Assembly: GCA_040285825.1 (NCBI GenBank)
Contig: JAUPSS010000005.1
Location: 1,550,001-1,614,000, forward strand
Reading direction: 5' to 3'
DNA length: 64,000 bases
DNA from: Eukaryota sp. TZLM1-RC
Taxonomy: Eukaryota; Protista; Metamonada: BaSk clade
Part shown: piece after piece, positions 56,021-64,000 of the stretch
How positions within the stretch are numbered: the first letter of the stretch is position 1
How the letters are laid out: every line of letters begins with the position of its first letter
Made by a program: the position numbers and the translations under genes
Notes under the pieces: model-generated
Seen by the model: only the letters and a program-made list of their open reading frames with translations
What the model was told of the DNA's origin: nothing
Database searches by the model: none

Positions 56021-57211
56021 CTATCTCAAATCAATAACGTCAACTTTCCCATCAATCATTTCGGAGTGATTAGCCTTTAAGAAACTTCCTTTAGAATGCT
56101 GATGATGACCACTTTTAGAACAGCTTGACACCTCACTCAACCCTTCATTTGACAAATGGAACACCTCCACATTAGGTCTACCATCCTTCATAGAAACTAC
56201 AATTGCTATGCTCTCCGCAAGGCTCATCTGTAAACCTAAATGTGTGTGTAAATCAACAGCAGAAAGAAAAGCAGTTTGTGTGGGGTGAGTGTGAATCCAG
56301 CCTAGAATTATCAAGTCGTGATTCTCAATGACTGGGATAATACTAGTCTCATCAGTGATGTGGCAGGAATCAGCATCACCTTCCTGTTTGGGAAGGATCA
56401 TATGTGATATTTGATAGGTTGATTGATTGAGACTTCCACACAATAAAGCACAAGACTCTCTATTGTGGCTTAAATCTTCTGATACTAATGATATAAATTG
56501 ATCTGAGAGCAAACTGGGCCATTGAACTACTGAAAGAGATTCCTTCCGTTGGAATGCGGTGGGACTGTTGAGGGAGAGTAGGGAACCATAGAGTGAGGCA
56601 AAACCACCTTTATTAGAAGGTGGAATGTTGAATTGATCACCAAAAAGACTGGTTTGAAGATCAGGTGGAGATGCAGGCTGGTCTGGATTCTGGTACATAG
56701 CAGAAGAGGAGAGGTCTGATGGAGGGGCAGAAGGGGGAGCAGAAGGTTCATCTTCACCATGCAAAGGAGTGTCATAAGCAGGGTAATCAGTCACATCGTT
56801 CGTCACGTCATCATGTGGTGACGTGTCAGGTGCTGATGTGTCATTTGTTGATGGTTCTGGAGCATCTAGTGTTGTACTTGGATCTGGTTGAGGTATGGTC
56901 TGTTCATTTTGAAGTATAATTTCCCTACATTCTGTTAGAAATTGAGCAGCTTTTTGTGCAAATTGACGTAAATTAGAGAGTGCTGTAGGATTAGACCTCG
57001 CTGATGGATGCTTCACAACTGTCTTGGTCACAAACAGAATATAGCGTTTGAACAATATGTAAGCAGATTCGTGGTCAGAAGCACTATAGTGATCAAGAGC
57101 AGTGTTAAGTAATTCTCTAGACTTGTCTATGTACTTCTGTAATGATATAGAAGGATAACATGTGAGAGGGTCACCAACTGCATCATCGAGTTTGGCTAAG
57201 CTAGAGGTCAT
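56021..57211 (-). CDS. AMSH/STAMBP-like JAMM deubiquitinase
   Basis: N-terminal MIT/USP8-dimer-like helices, ESCALLCG, GWIHTHPTQTAFLSAVDLHTH. Confidence 0.92.
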   Translation of the reverse strand: MTSSLAKLDDAVGDPLTCYPSISLQKYIDKSRELLNTALDHYSASDHESAYILFKRYILFVTKTVVKHPSARSNPTALSNLRQFAQKAAQFLTECREIILQNEQTIPQPDPSTTLDAPEPSTNDTSAPDTSPHDDVTNDVTDYPAYDTPLHGEDEPSAPPSAPPSDLSSSAMYQNPDQPASPPDLQTSLFGDQFNIPPSNKGGFASLYGSLLSLNSPTAFQRKESLSVVQWPSLLSDQFISLVSEDLSHNRESCALLCGSLNQSTYQISHMILPKQEGDADSCHITDETSIIPVIENHDLIILGWIHTHPTQTAFLSAVDLHTHLGLQMSLAESIAIVVSMKDGRPNVEVFHLSNEGLSEVSSCSKSGHHQHSKGSFLKANHSEMIDGKVDVIDLR

Positions 57212-59381
57212 TGTGATAGATGATGTCTACAACAATGAGTTAGTGTCGAAGGACTGAGTTTTTGAAGGTTTTCCCTTTGATACACTTGACCTCCATTTTA
57301 CTCAACATTATAGGTTGGTGCATCCACTTCGGGGGAGTAATTAAACAGAATTAGTTAATATTCCGTGGGTATTGTGCTGTTGTTTTTATGAATTTACTCA
57401 ATGTCTTAAATCAAACTGCTAAATACAGTGTAGAGGACATTTAATTGCTACTTCCTTTCCTAGATCACTATGATGTTTACTGTCACTTACCCCATCACAC
57501 AAATCATTATGTACGTTTTCCTTTGGTTGCGACTGAGTTAAGACCTCTCATTCTTATCATAAAAAAACTGTTTTGTGATAACAAAGAAAAGAAAAGAGAA
57601 AGAAGGCAGTCCTGATTTGTGAGTCAACGTCACGCATGGAACAATATTTAGAGAGTAGACAAATATGAAGAACACGAAATATCAGAGTTTTGAGTTGTTA
57701 TTCTCCAAGTCAAAATTTCTTCAACAGGAACTGTTATTAATAGCTGCATTTCATTGATGAAAACGTTACTCATTTCAAAGTCTACAATGAAATTCATCTG
57801 TAAAGAAATGGTCTTTGAAGCTCGTAAATGCTCGTACCGCATCTTTTCTGCAAAACAATCTCGTATGCGGTTACTTGATAGAGTAGAATGATAGAAAAAC
57901 ACCATGGACGGTGTCTAAAAAAAGTTTCAAGCTCAGTATTTCATGTTGATTGTTAAAAGTAAAAATTTTATTTTATTAATAAAACTTATTTTATATTGAA
58001 CCAATGTAATTTTCTGACGAATGTTTTTAGAGAAGATGAATAATTCCACTGATAAGTTTCAGTGTTGATGAAAGAAAAAAGAAACAAAGTTTTGCCATTC
58101 GTTTTCGTCTAAGGAACGCATTTTTTCTCTGTGAACCACAATGTCATTGGATGTTCATTCTGACACATGCTTTTGAAGATCAAAGAATCGCAATGTGCTG
58201 GCAATATTGCAGTATCTCTGATGGTTTCGTGTCAAAAAATTCATCACAAATGAAACAATTTCATATTGGCACTTCAACTATACTATGCAATACTCAAGCT
58301 GCTTATCCTACTATTGGATAATAATAAATATTCCAGTTAAAAAAATAATAAATAGTTGCGTGATTTTTTTACATAATTTACACCTTTAATATTTACATGG
58401 TTGGTTTCATAAGTAAACCCCAGCTAATTGTTCTGCGTTCTAAATTACAACTTGTAATGTAAACTGAATACATCCACATCAATTCAATGATATGAAATTT
58501 TCGTCTTTGAATCTATTTACAACTCACTTGTTAATAAACTCAATAATATTGTTTAAAGTAAATGTATGAGCTGGAAATGATAAAAAACAATTGTGTTCTT
58601 CCAAATAAGAAAATCAAAAACCCCTCCTGAAGAAGTTTCCAATATGCAGTGGTTGGAGTTTGCTGGATGAAGTGATGTAGTTTTGAGGTTTGTCATAAAG
58701 TTGGCCACTTTATTAGGACTTGTACTATAATGGTGCCCAGATTGAATTTAATTTTTGAGTAGTAGTAATATTGACTTTCGTAATTCCAGTAATTACCAAA
58801 CAATTGTGGAAAATCAGCAACTACTGACGGTAATCGTAATGTTAGGAAGTACTGGAGCTCAAGTCCTGTAGTCTTAAGCTATGATTTTAATACTAATGTA
58901 GTATATTAGTAAGTCTTATGATTCAATACTCACTCCTCAAACCATCATAATCAAGTATACTCAACAATAAATGATCTACTTGTCGAAACTAGAGAGGAAG
59001 TTGACTGAGGTAAGATTGTTATGAATAATCATCAACAATCACAATTATTTTCAGCACTTACTTACATCACTTCCCTGTTGGAAAACATTTTAAGGAAAGT
59101 GAATGATAAAAATTATATTAAGTATATTAGTTAGTATTTTTGTTCGCTATTGTCAAAGGTATCAGATTGGACAATTCATTGAACAGCGCAAAAAATAGCT
59201 GAGAATCGAAAAACCGTTGCACTATTGATGAAATGTTGAATATTCCAAGTTAATTTGAAATTTCAATGTTCAGATTACATGTTGTGGTTGGAGAGTCTTG
59301 CTTAATACAACTTGTGTTATCTCTTCCTCTGGACATTGTATATTTAAGATGATATAATGTATTTATTGAAGAGGCGAATCC

Positions 59382-60741
59382 TTACTTCTTCTTCTTGACT
59401 GCACCCTTGGGTTCTGCCTTGACAGTCTTCTTGATAACACCAACGGCAACAGTTGATCTCATATCACGAACGGCGAAACGACCAAGTGGTGGGTATTCAG
59501 TGAAAGCTTCAACACACATTGGCTTTTGGGGAACAAGTCTAACAATACCGGCGTCGTTCTTCTTCAGGAATTCAGGGTTTTCTTCTTGGAGAGCACCAGA
59601 ACGTCTGTCAACCTTTTGGAGGATTTCAGAGAACTTACAAGAGATATGGGCAGTGTGACAATCAATGACGGGAGCATATCCAGCACGGATTTGACCGGGA
59701 TGATTCATAATAATAACTTGGGCATCGAAAGATTCGGTTTCCATAGCGGGCTTGTTGGCGTTGTCAGAAGTAACGTAACCTCTCTTAATATCCTTAACAG
59801 AGACGTTCTTGATATTGAAACCAACATTGTCTCCAGGGTATGCTTCAGCAACAGATTCATGATGCATTTCAACAGACTTGATTTCGGCACAAACACCAGC
59901 GGGGGCGAAGTTGGCGGTAATACCAGGACGGAGGATACCGGTTTCAACGCGACCGACAGGGACGGTACCGATACCACCAATTTTGTAAACGTCTTGAAGG
60001 GGGAGTCTGAGGGGCTTGTCAATGGGACGCTTGGGAGGAGTAATGTTATCAAGAGCTTCAAGCATGATTGGTCCCTTATACCAGGGCATGTTGGAGGAGC
60101 GTTCAAGCATGTTATCACCATTGAAACCAGAGATGGGAATGAATGGGATCTTTTCAACCTTGAAACCAATACGCTTCAAGTAGCTAGATACTTCGTTCTT
60201 GATTTCAGAGTAACGTGATTCGGCGTAAGCAACAGACTTATCGTCCATTTTGTTGATACCAACGATCATTTGCTTGACACCAAGAGTGAAAGCGAGGAGA
60301 GCATGTTCACGAGTTTGACCTTGTTCAGAGATACCAGCTTCGAATTCACCGACACCAGCGGCAACAATGAGAATGGCAACGTCGGCTTGGGAGGTACCGG
60401 TAATCATATTCTTGATGAAATCTCTATGGCCTGGGGCATCAATAATGGTGAATTGGAACTTGGCAGTTTCAAACTTCCAGAGAGCAATATCAATGGTGAT
60501 ACCACGTTCACGTTCAGCCTTCAGTTTATCGAGAACCCATGCGTACTTGAAGGATCCCTTACCGAGTTCGGAGGCTTCCTTTTCGAACTTGGCAATGGTA
60601 CGTTCGTCAACACCACCACACTTGTAAATCAAATGTCCGGTAGTAGTAGACTTACCGACATCGACGTGACCAATAACAACGAGGTTACAATGAATCTTAT
60701 CCTTACCTTAGATGAAAAACTGTTATGAGTGACAAACCCAT
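59382..60741 (-). CDS. EEF1A: Translation elongation factor 1-alpha, 2 exons
   Basis: ATG G|31-nt intron 60707-60737|GT AAG gives [25 protein letters not shown]. Also RGITI, DAPGH, NKMD. Confidence 0.98.
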
Positions 60742-61019
60742 GATAGAAGAAAAAAGAAGAGTAAATTCTTCTTTTGATAATATCTGCAGTTTTTCTCGTG
60801 TTGATGTATTCACATCAGGATGTTGAATCGAACTCATTGGTATAAACTGGATTTGATCGAGTCCAAATCAATGTGAAGACATGACACAACATTCAACAAA
60901 TAGCTGAATTTGTGACTTTTTAAATCATTCGAATTACAACATAGAATTCTTTCCTTTTTGATTATGCACAATTAATTCCTTCTTTTCTTGGAAAAGAAAC
61001 AATTTTATTTATTTAGCAG

Positions 61020-62380
61020 TATTTTTTTAATCTAAAATACTATCTAATATTCAATATCCTCCAAACAAGCATCACTATTACTAAACCTACTCAACGCATT
61101 TCGCTCATATTCTACACCAATAGCTAAAAGAGCTTTGGAAATCATTGTTGGAGTAGACTTAAAAATGCAAAAAACAATACTATTTAAGTCTAAAGAGGAT
61201 TCAATTTTTTACGAGATTTGTTGTGCAGAACTGTCTTAAAATTTTGAAAAAAATACAATCCTGAGGGACCAATATTGCAAAAAGAGAAATAGCACACGGC
61301 ACGAACTGATATTTTACATGTTCGACTGTACCTAAATGTGCCAATGGTTTTTCATATATTTTTCGGCGTTGGATAGTGGCAAATCAGCGGAATAAACCAA
61401 ACGAACAGCAAAATTGTTGCACACATCGACAGAGACAACATCCACAAAGTTGAGAACTCCATCGAGTTTCGGAGCTACTAAATCCACCCTTCTTTTACCA
61501 AAAGGCTCGTCAGTTTAACCTAGAGATAGCTTTCGTACTAACGTTTTAATAAAAGCCTCAATATTAAAACTTTTACACATAGCATATAATTGATCACGAA
61601 CTGAATCATGAAAAATTGAGCGATAGGTAATAAAATATTGGCAGATTAAAATATGGGGAAGCGTAACCACATTCTTACAGCGACAAATTTACTCATTTGG
61701 TAACGAACAAGGACATGAGAAACATCTCTTTCTCAAACCAGTAATCATTTGATAATCATTGAGTAGAAGACCATAAGTGTTGGGAAATTGGGAGTTCACG
61801 CAACTTGAGCTACTGTCTTTAAGGTCAATCAAAAAAAATTGCAAAAACGGGATTTTTGTCTTTAGCCAAGCTAAGACGTACAATATAATCCAAGTTTTCT
61901 AAAACTTTTAAGTTTATTTTCTGCAATTTTGCAAAAGTCAGTGGTGAGGAGAGCAAGCTTCTTGGAGGGAGTTCCACCATATCAGAGGGAAAACATTGAG
62001 ACCAGATATTTGGTGAAAGAGAATCAATTGATTGTTGTGAATATATAAGATAAGAAATGTCACAGTTTTCAAAGAGATCAATTTTGTTTGGAAAACGATT
62101 CACAAATTCAAAGATAAAACAATAAAAGCAACTTTACAAAGGTAGCTTGATTTATGAAAATCAACACCACTAAGATTTGAACCACAAGAAATGTGGCTTC
62201 GTAATTGGGATGCATCAATTTCTAATAATTTTGCTAAAAAATTGGTTATTTGTTCATTCAAAATACGAAAAAATTCCAACGAAATTGACGGTGACGTTGA
62301 TCTCAAAATGTGACTGAACTTTGCAGAATAACAAACCCTAAGATAAGAGAATTTTAAAGGTTTTTCAATATTTAAATCAA
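61020..62380 (-). mobile_element. Decayed RLE retrotransposon (24-kb subfamily)
   Basis: Colinear with ~23985-25340, with many stops and frameshifts. Confidence 0.88.
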
Positions 62381-62820
62381 TTGTGTTCGTAAAAATACAT
62401 TTTTGTTTGGAAATTTTTCCTCATTCAAAAAAATTTGCACAGAATTTATTATTCATTGTTGGTAAAAAAATATCTGTTTAGAAGCAGTGCTGTGAAAATA
62501 AAGTTCTTTATATCAATTGCAAGTTTATTTAATTCTGAGAAAATGAGTTAAATGAGTCTTTTGAGTTATTATCAGAAGAACAAAAACAATTGATGAACCC
62601 AGTGAAATGACTTTACCTAACGTTAAACGTACAAATTTGGAGAACAACAGCAGATTGATCATCTTGACTGAGAAGATAACTCCTTCTCCGAATAAAGTCA
62701 TCCACAGTTGAATTTTTTACTTCATGAGAATCACTATTGACTCAATTTCGGTAGATGATACTTCTATTTCAGTAAGGACACTGTAATCAAACATCAATGA
62801 AGATGGAGTCAGAAATTTGT

Positions 62821-64000
62821 TGTACTGTGGACAATTAGTCTAGTACATTTATATTTATATAACATAGTTCACTAGTGATGGCCTTTATAAGGGCCGGTGA
62901 AATTCTAATAAATTATTCCTTATTCTTTGTTATCATATATGGATAGAGCATCATTAATTAATGGCTTGAATAGCCACAATGATAACCCTCCTTCCTCTAT
63001 GAGGAAGAGTAATGTCCCTTCTTTGAAGGAGAACAATCCACCGCCCTCGGTGAGTAATCCTCCACTTACGGAGAGTAATCCTTCCTTCGGGAAGAGTAAT
63101 CCTCCAAAGGAGAGTGAGCTTTCCGCTGAGAAGAGCATTGCCTCTCAGAAAGAAAGCCACCTCCCCAATAAGGAGAGTGAACTTCGCACTGAGGAGAGCC
63201 CTACCTCCCAGAAAGGAAGTCACCTCCCTAATACGGAGAGAGGTAACCACGTCGTTGATGTGTCAGAACTGTACACATACCCCGACAACTCCTCGGAGCT
63301 CCTTCCTTGTAGGAAGAGTTTTCTCACTCCGAGCGAGCAACGGAGATTCAAAGCGTTTGTTATAAGTACCAAATCTGACGCTTGTACAGAAGGTGAAGGA
63401 GGTGAAGGCGAGCAACAGTCTACGACTGGCTCCTCACGTAAAACTCCCTCCTCACCTACTTCTGACATCAGCTCAAGTGAGGAACCTCAAAGTGATTCCA
63501 GAGGATCTCTTAATCAGAACTACAGCAGGAGAGGGGATGAGAGCGATGATGAACCACCTCATACACCCAATCCTCCTAATCCAACTCCTAGTTTCTCATC
63601 TACGGAAAGGACTTCTCAGGGTCTTTACCGCAGGAAATTAGCAAAGGCAGTTGAGGCTGTAACTAGAGATTGCTTATTGGACCTCATCGCCAATCCTCCC
63701 GAAGATATACTGGATTGGAGTGATGACGAATTATTAAAAATGGCTGAGAATGAGTCAGAGCGTCTTGCGGGAGACGTAGACCCAGCCGAATGTGAGAAGG
63801 TGCGACGTGACTATTTAGCGAAACGTTGGCCCTTCCTCTTTGAGGAAGCCCACGGCAAAACACTTGACGACGTCGTCTACGAGAGTTATGATCAAAGTCC
63901 AAATCTTTTAAAGAGATTGGATGATCTTACCGATTCGGCAGTCTCGTGTGGAATGAGTGCAGTCGAGGATTGCTATTTTAGCGCACCTCGTTCAAAGTAT
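62821..64000 (+). mobile_element. Probable 5' end (LTR + first ORF) of a second LTR retrotransposon, cut by the window edge
   Basis: ~130-bp TG..CATCA segment containing TAATAAATTA as in the other LTR. Same junction architecture and a jump in GC. No 3' LTR or pol visible; left boundary uncertain by a few bp. Confidence 0.6.
62939..64000 (+). CDS. Pro/Ser/Glu-rich ORF open to the window end (putative gag-like)
   Basis: Not in the ORF track. MDRASLINGLNSHNDNPPSS... runs 354 codons without a stop, with SNP(P) repeats. Confidence 0.72.
   Translation, partial: MDRASLINGLNSHNDNPPSSMRKSNVPSLKENNPPPSVSNPPLTESNPSFGKSNPPKESELSAEKSIASQKESHLPNKESELRTEESPTSQKGSHLPNTERGNHVVDVSELYTYPDNSSELLPCRKSFLTPSEQRRFKAFVISTKSDACTEGEGGEGEQQSTTGSSRKTPSSPTSDISSSEEPQSDSRGSLNQNYSRRGDESDDEPPHTPNPPNPTPSFSSTERTSQGLYRRKLAKAVEAVTRDCLLDLIANPPEDILDWSDDELLKMAENESERLAGDVDPAECEKVRRDYLAKRWPFLFEEAHGKTLDDVVYESYDQSPNLLKRLDDLTDSAVSCGMSAVEDCYFSAPRSKY

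Noticed and set aside
57250-59350. Possible decayed genes here and at 27.8-28.5, 41.6-42.1 and 49.6-51.4 kb
   Set aside because: No recognisable motifs or sustained frames; cannot be called by eye.
59395-60728. Long antisense ORFs over EF-1alpha (and over gag-pol and the nucleotidase)
   Set aside because: Shadow ORFs caused by codon bias on the coding strand.

Overview
AT-rich genomic DNA from a eukaryotic microbe. Standard code, very short GT-AG introns (28-34 nt), and an EF-1alpha without the opisthokont insertion; a protist, but the lineage cannot be fixed from this window. Host genes include NMNAT, a UAS-UBX protein, a Sel1-repeat protein, a 5'-nucleotidase, a bPH-domain protein, a divergent ARP, a saposin, ALG14, a cathepsin, AMSH and EF-1alpha. 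They sit among dense mobile DNA: a deleted Mutator element with a 9-bp TSD, a young chromodomain Ty3/Gypsy element nested in a hAT remnant, the 5' end of a probable second LTR element, solo LTRs, over a dozen truncated RT+RLE non-LTR copies, and two decayed Fanzor (eukaryotic TnpB) families. Three signals stand out. (1) A ~1656-aa single polypeptide fuses a kinesin-9-like motor, luminal H-type lectin domains and a processive GT2 polysaccharide synthase. (2) Two different LTR elements start their ORF inside the LTR and replace the tRNA primer-binding site with a covarying palindrome/hairpin. (3) Fanzor loci retain structured omegaRNA-like 3' regions. All domain calls come from motif recognition by eye; no searches were run.
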